From the NCBI RefSeq assembly GCF_009914755.1, contig NC_060930.1: a DNA stretch of 64,000 nucleotides; one strand, given 5' to 3'. The translations under genes and the position numbers were made by a program. Source of the stretch: the human T2T-CHM13v2.0 reference genome, Homo sapiens. Every line of letters starts with the position of its first letter. Within the stretch, counting starts at the first letter, position 1. Positions 41,379 through 52,939 of this stretch are shown one piece after another. A model generated the notes under the pieces. That model saw only the letters and a program-made list of their open reading frames with translations, did no database searches and had not been told where the DNA came from.

Positions 41379-43999
41379 GAAAAGTTACTAGTCAAGTTAA
41401 TATACTCTCTGGCCCTGAAGAGATCACATGTTTCAATTAAGAGCCTGGCAAACACTCCACAGGATGAAGAAAATGCTGGAGAACCAAGTACCTAAGGGTA
41501 AAAAATGAAAAAAAAAAATGTCTATATCAAAATGCTCTTTGGGAAGAGACGTTGCACATTAGTCTCTGCAAAGGAGAGAGGAAGAAACTAACCCACCTCT
41601 ACCTGGTCAGACAGTAGAATTTCTAAAACTGTACTTAATTCACTCTGACTTATTAATAATATAATTTAGTAAAAATGGGAAACAAATTGCTTCCCTTTCT
41701 TCTATTTCCCCATGGACTATTTAGCAAGAGGGAATGGCTTCTAATTTTTCATGTTTGTGTCTCTACAGCACTGTAGGGAAGTCAGATTTTGAGAACATCA
41801 TTGCATAGATTTGCCTTTAGTATCAAAAGGGGCAACTCTTTGCGTTACACAGGTCACAATGTCTGTCCATCTGTCTGGATCCCATTTTTCACATGACTGG
41901 AATGAACAGTTAGCTATACAGAAAACCAGAACAAGAGTCCAGCATTGACTATGGTCAAACTTAGTTTAAATGGTGAGTCCCTTTTGATTCACTAGATTTT
42001 TATATTTTCCCAGTGAGAAAAGTGCCACCGTTCTACATGAAGCACCATTTAATGCCAATTGCCTATGAGCCGGCCTCCCTCATGTGTTTACCTTATATTG
42101 ACTAGCTCGTATACCACTATCTGGTCCAGTCAACTGTGGCACGAAAGGCAAAGGATGGCTTTAACCAGTGCCTGACCCTTCAGCATCACTTCCTTAAGAA
42201 GTAATAGTGGACTTGGCAAACTGTGTGGCTCCATAGACTCTTCCTGCCATTGCCTAGTTCAAGCAAACAACTAATTTCTAAAACAGTTAATATCCACATC
42301 TTGATCACCTTCATAATACTCATCTCTATAGATGCTAGATTTCACCTTTCTGCAATGTTTTATTTAAATGGACCCACAATGACCAAACTGATACCAAATT
42401 GAAACTATTATCTTTTTAATTAGTGTAGGACATGTTTATATTTTTTTCTTAAAGAGATGCTTTGAAAATTCAATTTTTCCAATTAACCATCTCTGATGCA
42501 AAGTTAACTGAATGACTGCTAGTTTGCTTGGGCTCCAGTATATCTGATTAACTGTTCTATTTTAGAAATATATTTAATTACATCATGCAGTTTTCACCTT
42601 ACAGGTGTGAAAAGACACAGAGACTAACAACCCAAACCTGCCTCCTATATTTTTATTCTCTTCTTTGTCTTTCTTATGACACTCAAATCCTGTCTTCTTA
42701 GATTTAAATTATTAATAGAGAAACAACTGGAGAAATAACCAAACCAAAAATTTATTACGTGATGGAACAAACTAATTAATACAAAAGAAGATTGGATAAA
42801 TAAAATATAGTCAAAGCCCCAAATTAAAGAGAAAGAAATTCAACACAGAAGGATAAGGGGACAGAGAAGTCAAACAAGCTCTTTTTTTAACTTTTGTCCA
42901 AGAACCCCTGGCCTCAAGCTTTAAAGATTACCGGAAGCCCCAAAGGAGCTCCCTCCGGTCTTCTCTGAGGATCCAGCGCAGATCCAACAATTGAGTGCTG
43001 AATCTTTGTGTTCTAGGTGGGATTATTTATCAGGGATTTTGTTTTGTCTGGGTTTTCAATGGCCCGGCCCCAGCTGTACATTTGGGGACAGACCACAGCT
43101 TCAGTCAACAGAGGGTTTGTAGCGATCCATTCGGAAGCTTCCCTCCCCCTGCAGGGATGGAGTAATTAACAGACCATTAAGTCACTTCTGCTTTATTGAA
43201 GGGGATACTGTGCAGGTCATTTCTTTGAAAACTTTTGTTCTTGAAGGAAATTACAGGATTGTTTTATGTTCAGAACCACAGCCTGGTGTACTCTGGAGTC
43301 CAGAGGCAAATTTCTGTAGCTGGGGGAACTACAGAGACAAGGAGGATAATGACAGTAATCCCATTAAAAAAATATCTCCCCCAACTCCTCTTCTTTTATT
43401 TTTTTTCTTTAAAAAAACAGTTAAAAGAAAAACGATTTGCTCATTTGCTAATAACTAATAGGGACATGAAATACAGAGATGCCCCAGACTGAAATTTATC
43501 TCTGTGTCAATAAATCTCTAAACAACTGCCACGAAACCAAGTACTGCCACCATTGCTTCTTTTTATTTCCATATTAATCAAAAGCATCTGCTCCTGTCCT
43601 TTCCAGTAGAGGGAATGGGCAGTGAGTTTTCTAGCATCTGAAAAAGCGCCTGGAAGGACGTGTTTACAGCACTTGTGTTTTGTGCGGCCAGTAGAATTTT
43701 TACCCTAGGACTTAGGTGACTTAGGTAACCGATGTTTTCCCTCTAGGCTCTGAGGGCACAGAGGACAGGAGCTATTTCTTATGCATGTGAATGCCTTATT
43801 TCTCTTACTGTTTTACTTTTTTTTTTCCCCTCTGTTGTCGCTCCCAGCACCTGGCACATCGGAAGCATTCAGAAAATGTTCGTTGCTGAATTGGGGGAAG
43901 ATTGAGAGAAACTCCAAAAGAAGTAATGCCAAGGCTTGTGTTGCTAGGAGTCCACTAGAACGCTATATGTTTACATTTGGTTTCAAATGATGGTGTGGA

Positions 44000-46450
44000 T
44001 TTCCTTGTCCTTTCCCGGAGTAGACGGAAGGGAGGCGAGATGGTGGGAGGCTGAATAACCAGGAGGAGAAAGGAGTCGCCATAAAATGCACCCGCACCAC
44101 CCTCCATGTCCCCCAGTGGAATTGAGGATCTTGCTTGTGGCAAAAGTGCGTTCTTGGCACCACAGCCCCGCAGCTGGGGAGGGGGGCCTCAGTACCCGGC
44201 TTCCGCAATTTTCCAGGCGTGGAGGTGAGGGGTGCTTGCGTGTAAACTGTGGCAACCCCCAGAATCAGGCCCTGGCTCCTGCACTTTCGGAGGTGTCTGT
44301 TGCAGACCACGAGGAAAAGAGGGGTCTTACTCAAGTCAGGGCCGGACAGAACTCCAAAACTTACGAGGACAGCTATCCAACACTGCCTCACAGACCCTTA
44401 GGCGCTGCCCCCTCTTTGCCCCTGTCCTCCTGCGGTGCGAGAAACCCGACCACTCTGCTTCTACCCGAACCCCAGGACGCAACAGTAAAATCAAGGCCCG
44501 TCGTTGAACTCCCAGGTCTGCGCATCCCTCCCTCCTGGCTCCCTGGGGTCTTGGCCCCAGCAGGTCCAGTACCCATCCCCAGAGGGACCCACTACCCTGG
44601 GCGTCCCAGGGTGCCAGGCACGATGGCCTGCAATGGGGGCTGCAATTTAACCGAGGCGAGTTAAATTCCTTTTGCCGGTGCCTGGCTGCGAGGACAAACG
44701 TCCGTACTTTGGTTCGGGAGCCACGGGCAGTCCAGGGGCTTGGGTTAGAAGCAACGGCTCTCTTCCAGGGGCTGTGATCCGGGTCGGCCAGGGAGAGCGA
44801 GGCCCCGGGGTCCTCTGTGAGGTCCCCAGCGAAGAGACGCAGCTGGGGAAGGCGCCGCCCCCGGGCCCCCTGCGCCACCCTAACCGGGCCTCTCCTTAGC
44901 AAAGTTGACAAATTCTTGAGAGTGTCAGCCCAGGGCTGCGCGTGAGGGCGCTGGGACCGGGGAGGAAAGAGCACCTGCCGCGCTCAGCCCGACTTTGAAT
45001 TTGTTTGTTGTTACCGTTTTTGTTTTTCCTCCCAGTTTCCATAAACGCTTAGTATTTCGAGGCACTTTGCAGGTGTTGGCGCAGGTGATGATGGGCCTCG
45101 TTGGACTCTGCCTCCCACGCATCCTTTTGTTTTCTGCGCGCCAGCCTGTCTGACTGTGTCCTGCGGGGACCCCGAGACAGTCCGGGGTCAGGGCGTAGAG
45201 ACTCATGCTTGCCACTTGACCCATCCGCAACCCGGGGACCCCCTAGCCCGTCGCGGAGCTGGAGTTTGGGCTTCCGGCTCCCAGCTCTCCGCCCTGGATA
45301 CAGGAAGAGGGCGGGAGAGGTCGCGCACCCGCGCCGCTCGGCGGGGATCGCTCACAGGGGCTCCGGGGCCACCGCGAGCGCGGACTGCGGCTGCTGGCGG
45401 GCTCCTTCGTCGTCCAACGCACCCCATCCTCTCCCGCCCCGCAGTGTCCCAGGGAAGGCTTCACTGAAAACAGACGCTCGACGGAAAACTGACTCTGCAG
45501 GCCCGAGCTTTCGGAGTTTGATTTCTGTGGGCCCCTTAAACGGGCACTGGGTACAGGAGAGGCCCCAACTCTCTGCAGGGACGGGGAGGGAAGGGCACTC
45601 ACTCTCCCGCAAGTTTTCCTAGAGGCGAGCTGAAGATGCAGGCCACCTCCCTCCCGCACGGCCCCTCCCTTGGCCTAGTTCTGTCCAAAGACACTTCCCA
45701 GCCCTCGAGCGGCGGCTCCTCCACTCGATTCCTGCCTACACGTGAAGAGCTTGGACCCAGCGGGGCTGCACTCGGGAGGACAGGCCCAGATCCTGCACGG
45801 CCGGGAGGACACCTGGCCCCGCTGTCTTCTCTTCACAGCTCCCCTTTCTCGGCTTCGGCCTGGAGCGGTGCAGGGAGGGGTGGACCTGGGGTGGCCTTAA
45901 GATATCTAGCCTGGGTGCGGAGACTTGGGAGCCCACCCTTAGCAGTCACTCCTCCTCCCCAGTGGAGGGTGAGAAAAGGGGAACAGAGGGCCCCGGAGTC
46001 TCTGGAAGGGACGTGGAACGCGAAGTTAAATGTTGGTGTCTGAGCGATGTGCTGGTGGGGCAGAGGGGGTTCCAGCGTCCTCCCAGAGTGAGGAGGCTTT
46101 TGCAATTTCTGCTGAATGCGTCAGTGGAGGCACAAAACCTTGCTTGACCTAGCAGCTGGGAAAAAAAGAAGTTCGAGGGGACACAAGGCCCCCTGCTGCT
46201 GGAGCGAGGAAACCCTGGGCTTGGCCAGCTCGGGCCGCTTCTCCCTGCCCGTTTGCGGGCTGTCGGCCTCAGCGGTCCCAGAAACAAAGATCTAGTGAGC
46301 CCAGCCGACGCCGGCCTCATTTTCCCTTTCTAAGGGTCACTTTCTTCCGCCCTCTAAATTAGGTCATCGCCTGGGAAAGCGCCGAGAGGTTTCTAGTGTG
46401 GGCTTCTCAAGGTGTCTCCGCCCAGGAGGATTTCGCCATCCATTTAAACG
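44000..46450. promoter_or_regulatory. CpG island downstream of OLIG3 (orphan CGI)
   Basis: High GC and dense CpG (e.g. gtcgcgcacccgcgccgctcggcggggatcg at ~45320); no repeat or CDS. Confidence 0.8.
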
Positions 46451-48644
46451 TAAGGCGGGGTTTAATCTGGAATGAAAGGATCGTCGTGGTGTTTCCAGAT
46501 TGAATGAAAAACTAAACTTGCAAAATTTCGAGAAAGTGACAAGTTTACAACGAAAAAAAATCCCGGCCGAAACCCATTTTCACCTTTGCGGTCATGAAAT
46601 CTTTTTTCTGGCGTCGATAATTCGAGTATTTAAAGGGAAGTGCAATGACAGTAAAAGTCTGCCTGCAAACTCACATGCCCAGCAGACCCGCCTAGGCATC
46701 AAGGGAAGGGCCTTCCCGGAGAGCGAATGGAGATTATTTCTTCCCAATAAATCCAGAAACCTCAGATGACGTGGCTCTCAAATCACCTTCCTCACTGGGT
46801 TCCTGTCCTGTACTTAAAGAAATCCTCTCTTCTGGTCTCGAAGCCAAAAGAATTTTTGTATCCCAGAAAAGAGCTCTGCTCACTTAAGAGATCTTCTCGA
46901 TATTGGAAGTGGTGTCTATTTCCCATTTTAGTTGCAAAATTTGCAATAGAGTTCCCTGTGCTCAAGCTTCCTTTCAGCTTATGTGAGTGGACATCACAGC
47001 TCTTTAAACTGACCACTGCTGTAAATCAAGGATTTCCTGTCTCAGCAGCACAATCACAAAATCCACGACTGTCCTAGTGTAAAGAATGTGGCTTTATTCC
47101 TTTGCATAACCCAATTTAAGACTCAGTTTTAGAGAAGGCATGAGGCCCACCACTAGGCCAACTGTAAGGCACTGAGTCTTTCCCCAGAACCAGGCCTTTG
47201 GAAACAGGACTCAAAAGAAGCAAGTGGCTAAGGAGAAAGTCGTTTTCCTGATTGATGAAACTTCTCCCACCCCTCCCCTTTCTAAATAATAAACTCTGGG
47301 GAAAGACTGGAGGGCTGCCTTGTGTTGGTTTCAAATAAATCTTCAATAGGCTCTTTCCTCACCCAGAGAAATGAATCACCCCTGGGAAACAGACGATTAT
47401 TCCCCCATTTGTCTGCCTAAAACCAGTGGAAACAAGTACCCTCCACTGTAGATGCTAACTTAGGTCTTTCGCCTGGCTGAGAGTGGGGTAGCGATGGGAG
47501 GGTAAAAAGGGATGGAGGGGGATGATTTGCATAGAAGAGAAACCCACAGAGATGCTCTGCCTGACAGAGGCAGTACTGGGTAGGCATCAGGGACCCAGGA
47601 AAGACAGGGCAAACGCAAATGCTTCCTAGACGTGCTCTCCTTGCTGGATTCTAGAAAGAGACCACAAGCCTCCCCCCATTGGAGAGGAGCTTTGGCCTCA
47701 ACCAACATCTAGGTGATGTTACAACTTATTCAGAAGCAAATCCTGGGGTGTTGCATTTCAATCAGGGTTCTATTTTCTTCAGAGGGAAATGGAGGCTTGT
47801 GTTGTTGGGGCTATCCTCACTACAGCTCGATTTATTGTCCCCTTTAAACAAATAGACAAAACTGTCTTGCTGGATTACTCCTGCTTAGACAAACCATTTA
47901 GAAGTGTTATGGCGGGAGGTGAAAAGAGAAAAGTAGTTTATTAAAATGACTCCCGTTTTAGCTGACTTTTTTGTAGAAGATGCCCAATGTATATAGCTAA
48001 TCAGACCAGCAATCTTCTAAGGGAAGAAAGAAGGGAGGATTCTCGCTATAAATCTGCAAGATTCTGAGACTTGGGTGGTGGTTTGACTCACCCGGAGCTC
48101 ACCTTACAAAGCAGAGAAGCCTTCCCTTTCTCTGTAGGCCATGCTTCCGAGGGTGCAGGCAAGCAGGGTGAGTATTTGACTATTTTCTAAGACCACTCTT
48201 TGTTGACTTTTAAAATGTATACTAGATTTTAACATGGGGGGAAAAGCACAAGTTCAATTTAAAGTGAAAAGAAGTTAACGTACTGCTTCATCCTTGTTTG
48301 TTGCCAACACAGTCATCGTAGTGACACTCCACCTCTCATTTCCTGCCACTTTAAGTTTCCAGATTACTTTTTAAAATTCAATTCTCGAGTTTATGAGGGT
48401 CTGATTACTGCAGAGAAATGAGCTCAAATAGCATAATACTATGAATGTGGGCAATGCCCGCTTGAAGGACATTTAGTTCCAAAAATCAGCACCAATTTAC
48501 CCATCCTGTTTACTTGTACGTAATCACGGAAAACCTTCACATCTGCCCACCCATCCAAATTCCTCACCCAGATACACCTTACCTGGTCCACGTGTTTCCT
48601 ATCCCACTACCCCCATCTGCTAAGATTTTAGGCAAAGGCAAAGC

Positions 48645-49797
48645 CACGATTTAAAGGTTCTTTTTTATTTGAAATCTCATCCAGAAACACTGGTTATTAA
48701 TAAATATATCATAGTTATCAAGAATATATAAAAAATAAAGACAGGTATCGTCTTTGAGGCCCTAACAAAATATTTCAAGCAAATGTTCAGGAAAATAAAA
48801 ACGGCACCCCTCCCAAAACCAGGATAAGTTTTCAAAGCTGATAATAGAGAGAGCCAACCCCGCATGCAGAATAACTGAGCGAGGGGGGGTGGCGCAAGCT
48901 ACTAGAGGGAGCCCAGGCTTTTACAATAGCGGCCCCAGAACAGCAAAGGAAGGTTCCGAATAAAGTTTGAAGGGGGTGGGGGTGGGAGAAGAAGCGCGTG
49001 TGCGTGAGTGTGGGTCTTTGCACTCTGCCCCTTTTTTCATTTCATACAACCACAGACAGATATATGGAGTACTTGGGATAATTCACTAATAAATCCTTGT
49101 TACAAGGAAAACGGCACCACAGCCTGCACGACATATTCAGACAAGATTCATTTAGAAGCGTGCATGCATTCTTTTGACCTACACTGCGTCGAAAGGAAAA
49201 CCCACATAGGAGGTGTCATGCCCTGGACCTCGGTTGAGATTCAAAACTTGGGTCTTGATCTCTCTCGCGCTCTCTCTCTCTTTCTCTCTCCATTGTCTCT
49301 AGAAAAACTGTGGCAAGGACAGAGACAATCATAATCGCATCCATCTCAAGAAAATATTTACATTTGTTTTGCACAAAAGGGATGGCCGTCTTTTTCCAAA
49401 GCGAGAACACAGAGTCAGAGAAAGCCAACTCAAAAGTCCCTTCGCAAGTTTTTAACTACACCGATCCCATCTTTATACAACAAATGCAGTTTTGACAAGA
49501 GCATATGGCAGTGAAAAATACTGGCGCGGCATGGGGAAAAGAAGCATGCATGCAAAACACACGACATCTGGTTCGAGTCCCCCTTTGCTACCACCTAGAA
49601 ATTGCGGTTTGATTTTGGTCCTTTCCCTCCGGGGGTCAAGTGGAGTCTGAGATCTCTCAGACAGCGTGGGAGGCTGCGGGCCCCGGAGCCTGCCCTCCCG
49701 TGGGCCGAGCGTGCAGCCTCCCTCTTCCCTCCCGGCCCGGCACCGCGGCCCCTCCCGCCGCTCTCCCTCCTCCTTGGCAGCCGGGCCCGCCCGCTGC
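48645..49797 (-). other. OLIG3 3' UTR (~1.15 kb)
   Basis: From stop codon to AATAAA; AU-rich distal end. Confidence 0.75.
48664..48669 (-). terminator. OLIG3 polyadenylation signal AATAAA
   Basis: Plus-strand tttatt; followed on the minus strand by U/GU-rich sequence (GTGGCTTTGCCTTTG); gives a ~2.2 kb single-exon mRNA. Confidence 0.8.
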
Positions 49798-50790
49798 TCA
49801 CTTGAGCAAGTCCTTGGACTCGGCCGACAGCCGGGCCATGTTGGCTGTGGAGAGAGCGGACAGGTGCGGCGGCGGCGGCATCTGGCAGATGGTGCAGGGG
49901 CAGGGCAGACCAGCCCAGTGCTGGAAGCCGCTGCCCAGCTGCAGCGCGGGCGGCGTGGAGGGCGCCTTGAGTAGCGAGTGGGGAGGCCGGATGGTGCCGA
50001 TGGCGGGAAGTGAGGCGGCGGACAGCGGTGACGAGGCGTTGCCAGATGAGAGCGCGCCGCCCAAGATGGGGTGCACCGGGTGCACGGAGTTGGCCGCGTG
50101 CGCGGGGTGGCCGGCCGAGTGGCCCACGGTCCCGCAGTGAAAGGCCGAGTGGTGGCCCCCATAGATCTCGCCAACCAGCCTCTTCATCTCCTCCAGGGAG
50201 CTGGTGAGCATGAGGATGTAGTTTCTGGCGAGCAGGAGTGTGGCGATCTTGGAGAGCTTGCGCACCGACGGCCCATGCGCGTAGGGCATGACTTCGCGCA
50301 GCCCGTCCATGGCTAGGTTCAGGTCGTGCATCCGCTTGCGTTCGCGTCCGTTGATCTTCAGCCTCAACTGCTGTAGGTCCTGCTCCGACAGCTGCTTCTT
50401 GATTTTGTACTTGCTGCTCTCTCCCGCGGCCTTGGCGCCAGCCCGCGAGAGGCTTTCCCCGGGCATCTTCTGCATCATATCGCCCTGCGTGGACGAGACC
50501 GAGTTGAGACGGCTCTCCTGGTGGTGGTGGTGGCGGTGGTGGTGGTCCCTCAGGTACATCTCATCCATGTCCGGAGATGAAGCTCTGCTGGAGACAGAGC
50601 TCGAATCAGAATTCATTTTATTACAGGGGATGCGGCCCTACCGTGGGGAGGCTTTAGGCGGGAAATTAAAGAAAATCTTGAATTAAAAAAAAAAAAATCT
50701 GCACTGCCCAGGAACCCACTTCTCCGCGGCAAGACGTGAGAAGAAAAGCGGAGACGCTGCTTTTCCCCGCCTCTCTCCCTCCCACGCCCC
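49480..50790. promoter_or_regulatory. CpG island over OLIG3 gene body
   Basis: Dense CpG across CDS, 5' UTR and proximal 3' UTR. Confidence 0.9.
49798..50616 (-). CDS. OLIG3: Oligodendrocyte transcription factor 3 (bHLH, intronless), 272 aa
   Basis: ATG-initiated [19 protein letters not shown]...; OLIG-type b[56 protein letters not shown] (aa ~85-137); N-terminal SSRASSP serine motif, His tract, C-terminal CPCTIC motif; lies in a CpG island with TATA upstream and polyA signal downstream. Confidence 0.99.
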   Translation of the reverse strand: MNSDSSSVSSRASSPDMDEMYLRDHHHRHHHHQESRLNSVSSTQGDMMQKMPGESLSRAGAKAAGESSKYKIKKQLSEQDLQQLRLKINGRERKRMHDLNLAMDGLREVMPYAHGPSVRKLSKIATLLLARNYILMLTSSLEEMKRLVGEIYGGHHSAFHCGTVGHSAGHPAHAANSVHPVHPILGGALSSGNASSPLSAASLPAIGTIRPPHSLLKAPSTPPALQLGSGFQHWAGLPCPCTICQMPPPPHLSALSTANMARLSAESKDLLK

Positions 50791-50840
50791 TCTCTCTGGT
50801 TAGGCTGCTTCCTGGACAGCTAGTTGGTGTGTGCTTGAAC
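50617..50840 (-). other. OLIG3 5' UTR (approximate)
   Basis: Between predicted TSS and ATG; no uATG; contains a U-tract (plus-strand A run ~50685-50697). Confidence 0.7.
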
Positions 50841-50863
50841 TAACCTCACGCTGAAAAAGAGGG

Positions 50864-50873
50864 GCTTTTATAG
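50864..50873 (-). promoter_or_regulatory. OLIG3 TATA box (CTATAAAAG); TSS predicted near 50840
   Basis: Plus-strand cttttatag at 50865-50873 = canonical TATAAAAG on minus strand, ~250 bp upstream of the ATG; no upstream ATG between it and the start codon. Confidence 0.85.
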
Positions 50874-51100
50874 AGCTGCGGCGGAGAAAAGAGACAAAAG
50901 GAGCCCTCCTATCTATCCTGGGCTGGTTAGGATGACGTGCCATCATTCAGGGCGGTGCGCTTTGCTGTCCCATTTAGCAAGGATTCCTATTCATATTCAT
51001 TGTGGGGCCGCCCTGGGACACCTCTGCTCCGAACCGCTAGGAGCCCCCAGGCACAAAACCCTCTGATTGACACACTCACCGCTCCAGCTTACGCCTTCCT
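50874..51100 (-). promoter_or_regulatory. OLIG3 proximal promoter with ATF/CREB-like, GC-box-like, SOX and PBX-TALE motifs
   Basis: ATGACGT 50932-50938, GGGCGG ~50950, CATTGT 50998-51003, TGATTGACA 51064-51072; motif matches only. Confidence 0.5.
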
Positions 51101-51769
51101 GATTTTTTTTTTAACTTTCTTCCACCCCACCCCCCTTCCCAATTTCTCTAACCAAATCACACATCAGGAACGGAAGGAAGGGAAGAGAAGGTGGCCAGGC
51201 GGTTGGTGGAGGTTCCTCTGAGTTTGGAGAGAGGAATTGAAACATTCGCTCTCCTTTTTTTCCTGGCTGCTCCCAAGTTTAGAGAAATATGGGCAAAAAT
51301 AGGTCTCAGTGGAAAGGTTTGAGGGACAGAGGTGCGGTCGGAGGGAAGGTGCTGCCAGCGGGGGCTGGGGGTGGTGGGAAGACTGCATGCCGACTTTCTC
51401 TGTCTCAATATTTTTTTTTCATTAGATCTCTTTTCCTAAACACTTCCATTCTGTCAATTTTGTTTATTGGGCCCTTCTGGTGTGGTTTCAACGGGATGTC
51501 CATGTTCGGTGATGGCTTTGCTCCTGGCAGTATTGTGGCGGAGAGGTCTCTTATTTTCTGTGTCCTCTCTTTCGTTTTAAAACATGGATTTCTAAAAGAA
51601 TTTCAGTTTTGCACAATTCTTTAACTTCCTAGACCAAAAACTGCGAAAAAAAAAATGTTAATGTCACAAGAAAAGCAACTTGGGAGGATGGGAAGGAAAA
51701 GGAGCCAAGGAGGCAGAGAGAGAGATTGTTAGGTTCCTGAGAGCTCCAGAGAGATTGTTCCCACTCCAG

Positions 51770-52540
51770 GCTTCCTGGACCTTGGCGCTGGCGCAAAACG
51801 GTGGGACGGTCCGCGCCCGAAGCTCCGCCGGGCCTCCTCTGGCCGCTGTGCTGACGTGCCCCGAGCTCCGGGAACTCAGCGGCACCCCGGCCTGCGCGGG
51901 TGGGTCCACCAGGCTGGGGCCGCCGTACGGCGTCGGACAGGGAAATCAGAAGCTCATAATAAACTATCTGATGTCGGGGTGGTGGGGCGGGGGGGTGGGG
52001 TGCGTGGGCAAAGAAGCACGGGGGAAGGGAAACAACGAAAGGACCTAGAAAGCCCCTTGTGCGTGCCCGGGCACTGCGGTTCAGCGCAGAGTCGTTTCTG
52101 GGAATAAAGAGGAGGTCGGAGTTTGGAGCCTTCGGTGCGAGTGCGGAGGTGGGCGTAGATCTTTCTTCCCCCTTGCTGTGTTTTTGTGATCAAGACTTTA
52201 GCTCAGCAGCACGAGGGGCGGGAAGGCAGAAATCCCGGGAAGGGAGAGAGCCCCAGGAGTGGTCTCTAGAAGAACCCGGACACCGCCCCTCTCCCGGCTT
52301 GGTGGAACGGGAAACAAACGCTAGCTAGTGACTGAGAGTCTCGGTGGAAGTGTGAAATCGAATCAATCGCGGAACCTCGGGCACTTGGGGCCTCTTGCGC
52401 CGCTGAGTCACTTCGAAGAACAGGATGCCCCCCTTTCCCTTGACTCAAACCGAGCGGTCAGTGGGAGAGGGATGCGCGCCCAGGTCCGGAGTTTGCACGC
52501 TCTGAGGCTGTGCCCCACTGACAGTCACGCTGCGAAGGCA
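51770..52540. promoter_or_regulatory. Upstream CpG island 1
   Basis: GC-rich, many CpG (ccgcgcccga, cgccgtacggcgtcgg). Confidence 0.75.
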
Positions 52541-52939
52541 GCTCTGGGCAATACCAGAAGGATGGGCAAACGCAACATTGGCATGGATGCTTTTGCTACA
52601 CCGAATTTTGTTTTTCTGTAATGGGGGAAAAATGGCCAACAGCCCTTCGTCAAGGCCAGGAAGTTAGTGCTCTTGCAGATTGGACAGGAGCCTCTTCTAC
52701 CACCTTCATCTCGGTGGAAGGAAAGTTTCTTAATTCAAGAGGTTAGATTGGATGTGGAAAGACTAATGTCCAAAAGCATTCCTAATACCAAGCATAAAGA
52801 ATGTTTCTTAATTCACCAGACTCGCCAATAAGATAGTGACATACACTAAGTCTTCCTGGTTATTTAAAAAAGGAGGGGAGGGGGGAAGTGCTCCAGAACT
52901 TGTGCAGTCCCAGGTGATGGGAGGAAGCTAGTGGCTAGT

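Noticed and set aside
43963-46320. Many overlapping 100-212 aa ORFs on both strands
   Set aside because: GC-rich shadow ORFs of the downstream CpG island; low complexity, no homology recognised
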